Shown here: piece by piece, positions 55,111 through 64,000 of the stretch
Layout: the number at the start of each line of letters is the position of its first letter
Position numbering within the stretch: position 1 is the first letter of the stretch
NCBI GenBank assembly: GCA_944363615.1
Contig: CALVUQ010000001.1
Span: 44,691-108,690, forward strand
DNA length: 64,000 nucleotides
Source: an uncultured Clostridia bacterium
Lineage (GTDB): Bacteria; Bacillota; Clostridia; Christensenellales; Pumilibacteraceae
Direction: 5' to 3'
The notes under the pieces: generated by a model
The model's database searches: none
Told to the model about the DNA's origin: nothing
Seen by the model: the letters and a program-made list of their open reading frames with translations, nothing else
Program-made: the position numbers and the translations under genes

Positions 55111-55210
55111 TGGTAGCGCTTAAGTATAATTTTGACACTGCCATTATAGCATATAAAAAATAACTAAATAAGCGCTTAAAACGGCTGATAAAGCGCGGAA
55201 ACGAACGCAT

Positions 55211-55250
55211 TAAAAAAGACGCCTATCCTTTAAGATATAGCGTCTTTTAA
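55211..55250 (-). terminator. terminator of the alpha operon after rplQ
   Basis: 9-bp stem aaaagacgc / gcgtctttt with a 17-nt loop, followed by a T-rich tract on the minus strand. Confidence 0.55.
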
Positions 55251-55290
55251 TTTGATTCCGGTTTCGGCCTCAGTTAAAAGCAACCGACTG

Positions 55291-55803
55291 TTACACCAAT
55301 TCGATTACAGCGAGTTCCGCACTGTCGCCGCGGCGGGCGCCTAATTTAATGACGCGGGTGTAACCGCCCTTTTGTCCCTTCTCCTTACCGCGCTGAGCGT
55401 ATTTGGGAGCATACTCGTTGAAAATCTTTTCGATGAGGGGATGACGGATGTTCTCGGTCCTGGCGATAAAGTTAGCCTTGGACTCCTTTTCCTTTCTCTG
55501 CTCCTGAAGATCGTTGACTTTAGCCATGATTTTGCGGCGAGCGGCAAGTTTCTTTGCTCCGTCGTTGACAAGCTCCACCTTAATATCCTGACCCTTATCG
55601 TTTTTACGGGTTTCGATTTTCTTAACGGTATCGGTATAAGTGTTGATTGCAATGGTGAGGAGCTTTTCGGCGAGTTTGGAAACTTCCTTAGCTCTGGCAT
55701 AGGTAGTCTCGATCTTACCGTTCCATAAAAGCTCCGATACCTGATTTCTCAGCAGAGCCTCTCTCTGGTCGGTCGGTCTGCCTAATTTTCTTTGTAATGC
55801 CAT
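55291..55803 (-). CDS. rplQ: 50S ribosomal protein L17 (expanded, 170 aa)
   Basis: N-terminal LGRPTDQREALLRNQ..IETTYARAKE and C-terminal GGYTRVIKLGARRGDSAELAVIELV are canonical L17 sequences, separated by an extra ~50-aa K/E-rich segment. Confidence 0.9.
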   Translation of the reverse strand: MALQRKLGRPTDQREALLRNQVSELLWNGKIETTYARAKEVSKLAEKLLTIAINTYTDTVKKIETRKNDKGQDIKVELVNDGAKKLAARRKIMAKVNDLQEQRKEKESKANFIARTENIRHPLIEKIFNEYAPKYAQRGKEKGQKGGYTRVIKLGARRGDSAELAVIELV

Positions 55804-55812
55804 AATGTCCTC

Positions 55813-56766
55813 CTAATCTTCGTTGCTTTTCAAGTCCAGACCGTAGCTTTTAAGCTTGGCGATGACTTCGTCAAGCGATTTTCTGCCCAGGTTTCTGACT
55901 TTAAGCATATCGTCTTCGCTCTTTTTTGTTAAATCTTCGACGGTATGGATTCCCGCACGCTTAAGACAATTGTAGCTGCGGACGGAAAGATCCATTTCCT
56001 CGATACTCATTTCCAAAATTTTGGTATGTTTGTCGCCCTCGTTGCTGACAAGAATGGTGGTGCCGCTGAAAGTATCGCTGAGGTCGACGAAAAGCCTGAT
56101 ATGTTCGCAAATGGCTTTTGCCGCAAGGCTGACAACCTCTTTCGCGGACAGCGAGCCGTCGGTCTTAACCTCAAGAATAAGCTTATCGTAGTCGATGCTT
56201 TGTCCCACACGAGTAGACTCAACGCTGTAGCTGGCCGCCTTTACCGGCGTAAAGATCGAATCGATAGGTATATAACCTATGGGCTTGGACGAATCCTTAT
56301 TGTTTGCGGCAACGACGTAACCTCTTCCGCATGCGACGGTCATCTCCATATTGAGTACACCGCCTTCGTCAAGCGTGCATATATACATATCGGGATTAAG
56401 GATAGTGATTTCGGGGTCACGCTCGATATCTGCGGCGGTGACGATGCCCGGAGTCTTTCTCTCGATCTTGAGCGTCTTTTTAAGCGATTTGTCGGAATAC
56501 TCGGCCTTGAGGTTGAGCCCCTTAAGGTTAAGTATAATTTCAGCTACGTCCTCTTTTACGCCCGGTATTGTGGAGAATTCGTGAGAGATGCCCTCGATAT
56601 TGATGCCGACCACAGCCGTACCGGGAAGGGCCGATAAAAGAACTCTTCTTAATGCGTTTCCGAGCGTTATTCCGTATCCGCGCTCGAGAGGCTCGACAAT
56701 AAACTTGCCAGTTCTGTTATCCGCGCTTTCCTCCAGTGTGATTCTTGGCGTTTCGATTTCCATCAT
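55813..56766 (-). CDS. rpoA: DNA-directed RNA polymerase subunit alpha
   Basis: GYGITLGNALRRVLLS and C-terminal domain LSVRSYNCLKRAGI. Confidence 0.95.
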   Translation of the reverse strand: MMEIETPRITLEESADNRTGKFIVEPLERGYGITLGNALRRVLLSALPGTAVVGINIEGISHEFSTIPGVKEDVAEIILNLKGLNLKAEYSDKSLKKTLKIERKTPGIVTAADIERDPEITILNPDMYICTLDEGGVLNMEMTVACGRGYVVAANNKDSSKPIGYIPIDSIFTPVKAASYSVESTRVGQSIDYDKLILEVKTDGSLSAKEVVSLAAKAICEHIRLFVDLSDTFSGTTILVSNEGDKHTKILEMSIEEMDLSVRSYNCLKRAGIHTVEDLTKKSEDDMLKVRNLGRKSLDEVIAKLKSYGLDLKSNED

Positions 56767-56811
56767 ATTTTATATAATCTCCTTGACTTTTTTACCTGAA
56801 GGCAAACTTAA

Positions 56812-57432
56812 TTACTTCGAATACAACTCGATGATAAGCTGCTCGTTGATGTTAAGGTCGATGTCCTCGCGCTTGGGGTTGTCGATGATTTTGCCGGTAA
56901 GCGCCTCGGTATCGAATTCCACCCACTTGGGCATAACGATCTTAGCGCCGCGAAGCTCCTTAAACAAAGCGTTATCTTTCTTGTTCTCCTTCACGGCGAT
57001 GACGTCGCCGGGTTTAACCTGAAAACTGGGTATATCGACGCACTTGCCGTTTACGGTGATGTGACCGTGATTGACTATCTGACGGCTTTCGGCGCGGCTG
57101 GAACCTATTCCCATACGATAAACGACGTTGTCAAGACGTTTTTCGATAAGGGCAAGCATGTTCTCGCCGGTGACGCCGCGCATGCGCTCGGCTTCCTCGT
57201 AATACTCGCGGAACTGTTTTTCAAGCAGTCCGTAAGCGCGTTTAACCTTTTGTTTTTCACGCAACTGAATATTGTACTCCGACGCCTTTTTCCTTACGAC
57301 GCCGTGCATACCGGGGGCGACGGGACGCTTTTCCATAGCGCACTTCTTGGTGGTGCAACGCTCTCCCTTCAAAAACAGCTTTGCGCCTTCGCGTCTGCAA
57401 AGCTTGCAATCTGCGTTAGTATATTTAGCCAT
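56812..57432 (-). CDS. rpsD: 30S ribosomal protein S4
   Basis: CKLCRREGAKLFLKGERC and LDNVVYRMG, plus an S4 domain. Confidence 0.95.
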   Translation of the reverse strand: MAKYTNADCKLCRREGAKLFLKGERCTTKKCAMEKRPVAPGMHGVVRKKASEYNIQLREKQKVKRAYGLLEKQFREYYEEAERMRGVTGENMLALIEKRLDNVVYRMGIGSSRAESRQIVNHGHITVNGKCVDIPSFQVKPGDVIAVKENKKDNALFKELRGAKIVMPKWVEFDTEALTGKIIDNPKREDIDLNINEQLIIELYSK

Positions 57433-57446
57433 TTATGTTTATCTCC

Positions 57447-57833
57447 TTATACTCTTCTGCGCTTGGGCGGTCTGCAACCGTTGTGGGGAATGGGCGAAAC
57501 GTCCGTAATGGCCGTGACGGCGATACCTACGGTTTCAAGCGCTCTTATCGTGGACTCGCGTCCCGAACCGGGGCCTTTGACAAAAACCTCTACGCTGCGG
57601 ATACCGTGCTCCTTAGCGGCGACTGCAGCCTTCTCGCAAGCCTGCTGAGCGGCAAACGGCGTGCTTTTTCTGGAGCCTCTGAACCCGAGTGCGCCCGCGC
57701 TGCAAGCGGAAATGGCGTTACCCTGCTCGTCGGTGAAGGTAATAAGCGTATTGTTGAACGACGCGTGGATATGAACCTGTCCCTTGTCGATGTTTTTGGT
57801 TACTCTTTTTTTAGTAGTCTTTTTAACTGCCAT
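57447..57833 (-). CDS. rpsK: 30S ribosomal protein S11
   Basis: [26 protein letters not shown]. Confidence 0.95.
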   Translation of the reverse strand: MAVKKTTKKRVTKNIDKGQVHIHASFNNTLITFTDEQGNAISACSAGALGFRGSRKSTPFAAQQACEKAAVAAKEHGIRSVEVFVKGPGSGRESTIRALETVGIAVTAITDVSPIPHNGCRPPKRRRV

Positions 57834-57844
57834 TGTCCTATCTC

Positions 57845-58216
57845 CTACTTCTTCTTAGCGCGACCCACGGTGCGTTTGGGACCTTTGCGGGTGCGAGCGT
57901 TCTGTTTGGTGCTTTGACCGCGCACGGGCAGACCCTTACGATGTCTGACGCCGCGGTAGCAGCCGATTTCCATAAGACGCTTGATGCTGAGCGCGACTTC
58001 GCGGTGAAGATCGCCCTCAACGACAATGTTTTTCTCGATGTAGCTTCTCAGTGCGTTTTCCTGCTCTTCGGTAAGATCTTTAACGCGCACGTCGGGGCTG
58101 ACACCGGTTTCCTTCAAAATCTTGTTTGCCAAAGGACGGCCAATGCCGTAAATATAAGTAAGCCCGATTTCAACGCGCTTCTCTCTCGGCAAATCGATAC
58201 CAGCAATTCTTGCCAC
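57845..58216 (-). CDS. rpsM: 30S ribosomal protein S13
   Basis: [28 protein letters not shown] start is preceded by aaggag. Confidence 0.95.
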   Translation of the reverse strand: MARIAGIDLPREKRVEIGLTYIYGIGRPLANKILKETGVSPDVRVKDLTEEQENALRSYIEKNIVVEGDLHREVALSIKRLMEIGCYRGVRHRKGLPVRGQSTKQNARTRKGPKRTVGRAKKK

Positions 58217-58566
58217 TTTTTTCTGACTCCTTGTAAGAAAATTAAAAAAATGAATATTTATAACGTACTGTGCCCTCTTACGCTATGGAATGTTAACGTA
58301 AGCGCCGTACGCATGAGTTTTCCGATTTTATATTTTTTCGGCCGCAAAACCGAAAAGCCGCTTAAGAAGCCGCTGCCGCTTAAACTCTTTTGTAAATTGC
58401 GGAAAGAACGGGGTAAACGGGCGCGGATCAAGCTTAATAAGCCCGATGGACAGCAGCCGGAATAAAATGCCTGAATAAAATAAACGCGCTGCTTTCGTCG
58501 CCCGGTCCGTAAAGCCCGACAGCCCGAACGGATTTTACCGTTTGGGCTAAAGGACTTATGACGTTA

Positions 58567-58683
58567 TTAACCTTGTCTTTGCTTATGGTTTGCGTACTTG
58601 GAGCAAATGACCATAACCTTGCCGTGGCGTTTGATGACCTTGCATTTATCGCACATGGGCTTAACCGAAGATCTTACTTTCAT
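58567..58683 (-). CDS. rpmJ: 50S ribosomal protein L36
   Basis: Hand translation gives [38 protein letters not shown] (38 aa). The gene is below the ORF-track length cutoff. Confidence 0.9.
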   Translation of the reverse strand: MKVRSSVKPMCDKCKVIKRHGKVMVICSKYANHKQRQG

Positions 58684-58694
58684 GATAAACTCCT

Positions 58695-58916
58695 TTAATT
58701 TTTGTTTCTGTAGGTGATTCTGCCTTTAGTGATATCGTAAGGCGACATTTCCAGCTTAACGGTATCGCCCTCGAGAATCTTGATATAGTGCATTCTGATT
58801 TTGCCCGAAATCGTGCAGGTAACAATGTGTCCGTTGGACAGCTTTACCTTGAACATGGCATTGCGCAGGCACTCTACCACGGTTCCTTCGGCTTCGATAT
58901 TATCGTCTTTCGGCAT
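58695..58916 (-). CDS. infA: translation initiation factor IF-1
   Basis: [42 protein letters not shown]. Confidence 0.95.
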   Translation of the reverse strand: MPKDDNIEAEGTVVECLRNAMFKVKLSNGHIVTCTISGKIRMHYIKILEGDTVKLEMSPYDITKGRITYRNKN

Positions 58917-58930
58917 ACATCCTCCAAAAA

Positions 58931-59155
58931 TTATAATTTACACATTTTTCTGAGAGCGCTGTCGGTAAGGACAGTCGGAAGAGCAGCCTCCCTCACGATC
59001 TCCAGATGTTTGATGCGCTTTTGCTTCGGGTTGTCGAGTTTTCTGTATTTTCCGTCCGCGACAAGCACAAAACTGTCGTTAATCACGGAAATAACCGCAT
59101 AAATCCTGTCGGTATCGTGTCCTTTCAGACTTTTTACTACACAACCTTCTTTCAA
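58931..59155 (-). CDS. KOW-domain small RNA-binding protein (conserved between map and infA in Clostridia)
   Basis: [21 protein letters not shown] is KOW-like. The start appears to be TTG. Confidence 0.6.
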   Translation of the reverse strand: MKEGCVVKSLKGHDTDRIYAVISVINDSFVLVADGKYRKLDNPKQKRIKHLEIVREAALPTVLTDSALRKMCKL

Positions 59156-59225
59156 AAACTTTATCCTTACCTTTTGAACCGCAATTATTATTATAACATA
59201 ACTCGTGCGGGTTTGTAAACTATTT

Positions 59226-59972
59226 TTATATGGTTAATATTTCGGGATCGCCGTTTGTGACCAAAACGGTGTTTTCGTAATGAGCGCTGGGTTTACCGTC
59301 GGAAGTCCTGCAGGTCCAGCCGTCGCCGCCGTCGATGAAAACCTTGTACGTCCCCATGTTTACCATGGGTTCCACCGCCAGAGTGTAGCCGTTTTTCAGC
59401 ATGACGCCCATGCCTTCCGCCCCGAAATTGGGAATGTTGGGGTCCTCGTGAACGCGCTTTCCTATACCGTGCCCGGACATTGCCCTTACCACGGAGAAAC
59501 CGTTTTTCTCGACATAAGCCTGAATGGCGTGAGACAAGTCGCCCAGTCTTCTTCCGGCGCGCGCGTGTTTGATTCCCTCGAAAAAGCTTTCGCGCGTGAC
59601 GTCTATAAGCCTTTGTTTTTCGTCGGAAATTTTACCCACCGCAAACGTCCTTGCCGCGTCGCCGTTGAATCCGCCGTAAGCGGCGCCCACGTCGATGCTG
59701 ACGATTTCGCCCTCTCTTAACTTGCGGTCGGAGGGAATGCCGTGAACCACGACGTCGTCTATGGAAATACAAGCGGATGCGGGAAAACCGTAAAGATGTT
59801 TGAAATTGGGTGTGCCTCCGCTTTTCCTGATGAAGTCTTCGATAATCGCGTCAAGTTCCTTTGTGGTAACGCCCGGTTGCACGTATTTTTCTATCATCTT
59901 AAGCGTATCGCCCGTAATCTTGCACGCAACGCGCATTTTTACAAGGTCGGCTTCGCTTTTTACGGTTATCAT
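59226..59972 (-). CDS. map: type I methionine aminopeptidase
   Basis: HGIP, VSIDVGA, GHGIG and TLAVEP metal-ligand motifs. Confidence 0.95.
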   Translation of the reverse strand: MITVKSEADLVKMRVACKITGDTLKMIEKYVQPGVTTKELDAIIEDFIRKSGGTPNFKHLYGFPASACISIDDVVVHGIPSDRKLREGEIVSIDVGAAYGGFNGDAARTFAVGKISDEKQRLIDVTRESFFEGIKHARAGRRLGDLSHAIQAYVEKNGFSVVRAMSGHGIGKRVHEDPNIPNFGAEGMGVMLKNGYTLAVEPMVNMGTYKVFIDGGDGWTCRTSDGKPSAHYENTVLVTNGDPEILTI

Positions 59973-59973
59973 A

Positions 59974-60594
59974 TTATTTGTTCAAAGCCTCCGAAATTTC
60001 AGCGAAAACGTCTTCTATTTTCTGCATGCCGTTGACGTTTATCAGCTTTTTCTGTTTGGCGTAATAGTCGATAAGCGGCTTGGTGGATTCGGTATAAACC
60101 TTAAGACGGTTGTTAACCGTTTCGGGCTTATCGTCGTCGCGGTGCATAAGCGTGCCGCCGCATTTATCGCAATCGCCGTCTTTTTTCGTGGAAATGTGAT
60201 AACTTTCTCCGCACTTGGAGCAGACCCGTCTGCCCGTAAGACGGTCGGAAAGAGCGTCAAGATCCACGTCGATGTTGATTACCGTATCGATGTCGGTAAT
60301 TTTATCAAGCGCCTCTGCCTGAGCGATAGTCCGGGGGAATCCGTCGAGAAGAAATCCGTTTTTCGCGTCGTCCTCACGAATTCTCAAGGCGACAATCTCC
60401 ACCACCACTTCGTCGGGAACAAGCTGACCTTTGTCGATATAGGCTTTCGCCTTGATGCCGACGGGAGTCTGCTCTTTGATGTTCTTTCTTAAAATATCGC
60501 CCGTGGAAATGTGGGGAATTTTGTACTTTTCGGCAATTCTTACGGCCTGAGTGCCTTTACCGGCACCGGGAGCGCCCAATAAAATCAAATTCAT
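59974..60594 (-). CDS. adk: adenylate kinase
   Basis: MNLILLGAPGAGKGTQ P-loop and a zinc lid (CSKCG...CDKCG). ATG at 60594. Confidence 0.95.
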   Translation of the reverse strand: MNLILLGAPGAGKGTQAVRIAEKYKIPHISTGDILRKNIKEQTPVGIKAKAYIDKGQLVPDEVVVEIVALRIREDDAKNGFLLDGFPRTIAQAEALDKITDIDTVINIDVDLDALSDRLTGRRVCSKCGESYHISTKKDGDCDKCGGTLMHRDDDKPETVNNRLKVYTESTKPLIDYYAKQKKLINVNGMQKIEDVFAEISEALNK

Positions 60595-60679
60595 ATACGT
60601 TTCCTTTTTTCCGACCGAAGCCGCCTCTCTTCCCCCCGGCATAAGCCAAGGAAAAAAGACGCGGCCGATCGATATTTTT

Positions 60680-61984
60680 TTATTTCAAGAATCCTTTGTA
60701 ATGTTTCATCATAAGCTGGCTTTGCAGCTGCTTGTCGAATTCAAGCGCGACGGACACGACGATCAGCATACCGGTTGCGCTGAGCGCGTTGACAAGCGAC
60801 GCGTCGGAAAGCACAAGCGAGAATATGAGCGAGGGAACAATCGCGATGAACGCAAGATAAATTGCGCCGAAAAGCGTGATTCTCTTGGAAATTCTGACAA
60901 GGTACTCGTAAGTGGGTTTGCCCGGTCTTATTCCGGGGATAAATCCGCCGTACTGCTGAATGTTTCTTGCCACTTCTTCGGGATTAAACTGAATCTGAGC
61001 GTAGAAGTAACAGAAGAAAAGAATCAGAAGTCCGACAAGCACGCTGTAGATGGGAGTGCCGGTACCCAACCACTTCACCCACCACGCGTAGAACGCGCTT
61101 GTGGGCCAGAACATCTGAGCGATGAGCTGCGGGAAAGTGATTATCGCCGTTGCGAAAATGATGGGAAGCACGCCGCTGGCATTGACTCTGAGCGGAATAT
61201 AGGTGCTTTGCCCGCCGTACTGTTTTCTGCCCTTTATCTGTTTGGCGTACTGTACGGGAATCTTACGTTCGGCAAGGTCTACGAACACGATGAGACCGAA
61301 CACGAGAATAACCATAAGCACGAAACCGAGAAGCTCCCAGATAGCGGTATCCACGCCGCTGAAAGCGTCAGCGAATTTAGCGACGATAGCAAGACCCGCG
61401 CTGCTGAGAATACCTACGAAGATGAGAAGGGAAATACCGTTGCCCATGCCGTTTTCGGTAATAAGCTCGCCCAGCCAGAGAGTGAACATGGAGCCGGCAA
61501 TAAGCATGACGGCGACAAAAATGCCCACCATCCAGGTCTTTGTAAGAAGACCCCTGAAGATGCCGGTTTCAAGACCGCTTTGGTTAGCCCAGCTTATAGT
61601 GATTGCAACTGACTGAGCAATTGCAAGCGCAAGCGTAACGAATCTTGTAATTTTGTTTAACTGTTTTCTGCCTTCCGCCCCCTGCTTGGAAAGTCTTTCC
61701 AGTTTGGGGATTGCTACGGTAAGAAGTTGGATGATAATAGAAGCGTTAATGTACGGGGAAATGCCTATTGCGAGAAACGCGCCGTTGGCAAGCGCACCGC
61801 CGGTAATGGAAGACAACAGATTGAGCAGTGAGTCGTCCTGACTGACCGTGTTGGAAACTGCCGCGCTGATGCCGGGTACGGGAAGCCAGCAACCGATGCG
61901 GTAGATAAAAAGCAACGCCAATGTAATGAGCAGCTTTTTTCTGACTTCCTTATTCTTGAAAGCATTTACCAATGTCTGAAACAT
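60680..61984 (-). CDS. secY: preprotein translocase subunit SecY
   Basis: 10-TM protein with GISPYINASII and the other conserved SecY motifs. Confidence 0.95.
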   Translation of the reverse strand: MFQTLVNAFKNKEVRKKLLITLALLFIYRIGCWLPVPGISAAVSNTVSQDDSLLNLLSSITGGALANGAFLAIGISPYINASIIIQLLTVAIPKLERLSKQGAEGRKQLNKITRFVTLALAIAQSVAITISWANQSGLETGIFRGLLTKTWMVGIFVAVMLIAGSMFTLWLGELITENGMGNGISLLIFVGILSSAGLAIVAKFADAFSGVDTAIWELLGFVLMVILVFGLIVFVDLAERKIPVQYAKQIKGRKQYGGQSTYIPLRVNASGVLPIIFATAIITFPQLIAQMFWPTSAFYAWWVKWLGTGTPIYSVLVGLLILFFCYFYAQIQFNPEEVARNIQQYGGFIPGIRPGKPTYEYLVRISKRITLFGAIYLAFIAIVPSLIFSLVLSDASLVNALSATGMLIVVSVALEFDKQLQSQLMMKHYKGFLK

Positions 61985-62427
61985 TATAACACCTCTACTT
62001 TGCCACCGATCTTTTCGATTTTTTCAACCGCAGATTTGGAAAACTTTTTAGCCTGGACGGTAAGTTTCTTTGTAAGCTCGCCGTCGGAAAGCACTTTAAG
62101 ACCGTAAGGCTCGATCTTGCTTAAAATGCCTTTTTCCAGAAGGACTTCCGCATTGACGACGGCGCCGTCCTCGAAAGACTCAAGCTGACCGAGATTGACG
62201 ATGGAATAAACTTTTTTCCAGGCGTTGTCGAAGCCTGTTTTGGGCAGTCTGCGCGCAAGAGGCATCTGACCGCCTTCGAAACCGATACGGACTCCGCCGC
62301 CGCTTCTTGCCCACTGGCCCTTGCTTCCCTTGCCGCTGGTTTTGCCCAGTCCGCTGCCGATGCCGCGGCCGAGGCGTCTTGCTGCTTTTTTGGAATTGGG
62401 CGCGGGACTTAATTCATGTATTTTCAT
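61984..62427 (-). CDS. rplO: 50S ribosomal protein L15
   Basis: [21 protein letters not shown]. Confidence 0.95.
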   Translation of the reverse strand: MKIHELSPAPNSKKAARRLGRGIGSGLGKTSGKGSKGQWARSGGGVRIGFEGGQMPLARRLPKTGFDNAWKKVYSIVNLGQLESFEDGAVVNAEVLLEKGILSKIEPYGLKVLSDGELTKKLTVQAKKFSKSAVEKIEKIGGKVEVL

Positions 62428-62429
62428 AA

Positions 62430-62636
62430 TTATGCCTCCACGGGTTCGACCTTAACCATGTGCTTTACGACGAAAATCATTCCGCGCACGGCAGCGTTGT
62501 CGTTGTGAACAGCGCTGGAGCCGATTTTCTTGAGTCCCAAAGCCTGAACGGTCTTTTTCTGCTTATCGAGGCAGCCGATGGTGCTTCTGATAAGCGTAAC
62601 CTTTATTTTTGCAGTTGTTTCGTTTTTCTTAGCCAT
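62430..62636 (-). CDS. rpmD: 50S ribosomal protein L30
   Basis: [28 protein letters not shown]. Confidence 0.9.
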   Translation of the reverse strand: MAKKNETTAKIKVTLIRSTIGCLDKQKKTVQALGLKKIGSSAVHNDNAAVRGMIFVVKHMVKVEPVEA

Positions 62637-62643
62637 AAGTCAC

Positions 62644-63156
62644 CTACCCTAAAATCTCTTCAACGGTTTTGCCGCGGAGCGCCGCAACCTGCTCGGGCGT
62701 ATGAAGGTTTTTAAGTCCTTCCAAAGTGGCCTTAACGCAGTTGATGGGATTGCGGGAGCCGTACGCCTTGGTGGTGATGTTTTTGATGCCGGCAAGCTCT
62801 ACGACCGCACGGACGGAGCTGCCCGCGATAACGCCGGTGCCTTCGGGCGCGGGTTTAAGCAGAACGCTGCCCTTGCCGAAAACTCCGATGGTTTCGTGCG
62901 GAATGGTATTGCCGTCCATAGCCACTTTTATAAGACTGCGACGAGCCAAAAGCTCCGCCTTCTTGATGGCCTCGGGTACTTCGGCAGCCTTTCCGGTACC
63001 GATACCCACGCTGCCCTTGCCGTCACCCACGACGACAAGCGCGGAAAAGCGCATGTTTCTGCCGCCTTTTACAACCTTGGTGATACGGTTGACGGCGACG
63101 AGTTTGCTGGAAAAACCGTCATCCGGCTTAACTTCTTCACGTTCTCTTCTTGCCAT
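62644..63156 (-). CDS. rpsE: 30S ribosomal protein S5
   Basis: [28 protein letters not shown] use the ATG at 63156. Confidence 0.95.
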   Translation of the reverse strand: MARREREEVKPDDGFSSKLVAVNRITKVVKGGRNMRFSALVVVGDGKGSVGIGTGKAAEVPEAIKKAELLARRSLIKVAMDGNTIPHETIGVFGKGSVLLKPAPEGTGVIAGSSVRAVVELAGIKNITTKAYGSRNPINCVKATLEGLKNLHTPEQVAALRGKTVEEILG

Positions 63157-63166
63157 GATAACCTCC

Positions 63167-63529
63167 TTAGAATTTAAGTCCGGCTTCTCTTGCGGCTTCC
63201 GCAAGCGCCTTTACGCGACCCGTATAGAGGTAACCGCCTCTGTCGAACACGACTGCGGTGATACCTTTTTCAAGGGCCTTTTTGGCTATATCCTTACCCA
63301 CTACCTCCGACGCCTGAACCTTGGTAAGGCCTTCGACGTTAACGCCTTTGGCGATGGTGGAAGAAGAAACCAACGTGTTGCCTTTTACGTCGTCGATTAT
63401 CTGAGCGTAGATGTTTGAGGTCGAACGGTAAACGTTAAGACGGGGGACCTCCGCGGTGCCCGAAACTTTGTTGCGGACGCGAAGATGTCTTTTGCTTCTT
63501 ACGGCGTTTTTATTAACTTTGTTTATCAT
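63167..63529 (-). CDS. rplR: 50S ribosomal protein L18
   Basis: [23 protein letters not shown]...[26 protein letters not shown]. Confidence 0.95.
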   Translation of the reverse strand: MINKVNKNAVRSKRHLRVRNKVSGTAEVPRLNVYRSTSNIYAQIIDDVKGNTLVSSSTIAKGVNVEGLTKVQASEVVGKDIAKKALEKGITAVVFDRGGYLYTGRVKALAEAAREAGLKF

Positions 63530-63544
63530 AATCTATCTACTCTC

Positions 63545-64000
63545 CTATTTACCTGCGGTCTTGCCCTCTTTCTTCACAAGCACCTCATCCGAATAATGGA
63601 TGCCGTAGTTGTGATAAGGCTCGACGGGGCGCTTGGACTTGATAGTCGCAGCGACCTGACCGACGCGCTCCTTGCTGACGCCCGTAACCACGATGGTGTT
63701 GGCATCGGGGCATGAAAGCGTAATTCCCTCGGGAGCAACGTATTCGACTGGGTGGGACAATCCCAAACTCATGGTGAGCTTGCTGCCCGCGACCGACGCC
63801 TTGTAACCGACGCCCGCTATCACGAGAGTCTTGGTGAAAGGCGTAACGACGCCCGCAACCATGTCCGCGATAAGCACGCGGTAAAGGCCGTGCATGGACT
63901 TGGTTTCCTTTTCGTCGTTGCTTCTTGTGACTTTAACTTCGTTACCCTCAACGGTGACGCCGATGTTTTTGCTGTCGATGTGACGGGTTAAAGTGCCCTT
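63545..64000 (-). CDS. rplF: 50S ribosomal protein L6 (5' end beyond the right window edge)
   Basis: The frame stays open to base 64000 (..KGTLTRHIDSKNIGVTVEGNEVKVTRSNDEKETKSMHGLYR..). L6 motifs are present and the stop is TAG at 63545-63547. Confidence 0.9.
   Translation of the reverse strand, partial: KGTLTRHIDSKNIGVTVEGNEVKVTRSNDEKETKSMHGLYRVLIADMVAGVVTPFTKTLVIAGVGYKASVAGSKLTMSLGLSHPVEYVAPEGITLSCPDANTIVVTGVSKERVGQVAATIKSKRPVEPYHNYGIHYSDEVLVKKEGKTAGK

Noticed and set aside
48058-55290. The inserted block considered as a prophage remnant, ICE or transposon.
   Set aside because: I saw no integrase, recombinase, transposase, tRNA attachment site or flanking direct or inverted repeats. By eye the composition is not obviously different from the flanks. 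I kept it as a synteny-break finding only.

Overview
This is a 64-kb chromosomal window from an endospore-forming, Clostridia-type Firmicute. The assignment rests on spoIIID, spoVG, yabP/yabQ and divIC, on rpsD lying inside the alpha operon, and on a small KOW protein between map and infA. I call about 69 protein genes, roughly three quarters on the minus strand. I recognised no rRNA, tRNA, CRISPR array, transposase or integrase. The right end (55.3-64 kb) holds the distal spc operon and the alpha operon (rplF through rplQ). The ecfA1-ecfA2-ecfT-truA block that normally follows rplQ sits at 44.8-48.1 kb. A 7.2-kb plus-strand block lies between them: an orphan Soj/ParA ATPase, an AraC regulator and a 1524-aa membrane-anchored protein built from about six 180-aa modules with no family I recognise. 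This block is my best candidate for an undescribed system. Other notable loci: (1) a four-gene SPFH / zinc-ribbon / membrane operon (YdjG/H/I-like, no pspA) at 3.6-6.9 kb; (2) a 126-aa protein made of 60-nt tandem repeats with 24 cysteines at 34.6-35.0 kb; (3) a 2022-aa multidomain GH43 lipoprotein at 37.4-43.5 kb; (4) a fur / reverse-rubrerythrin pair behind a perfect Fur 7-1-7 box; (5) an orphan consensus promoter driving an interrupted small ORF at about 55.0 kb; (6) an unusually long 350-nt spacer between rpmJ and rpsM. The rest is housekeeping (ade, ptsI, mnmG, a pot-type ABC operon, tex, uppP, rpsF-ssb-rpsR) mixed with glycan-degrading enzymes (GH43, GH20, GH27, an SGNH esterase). All family assignments come from motif recognition by eye. 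No database search was run.
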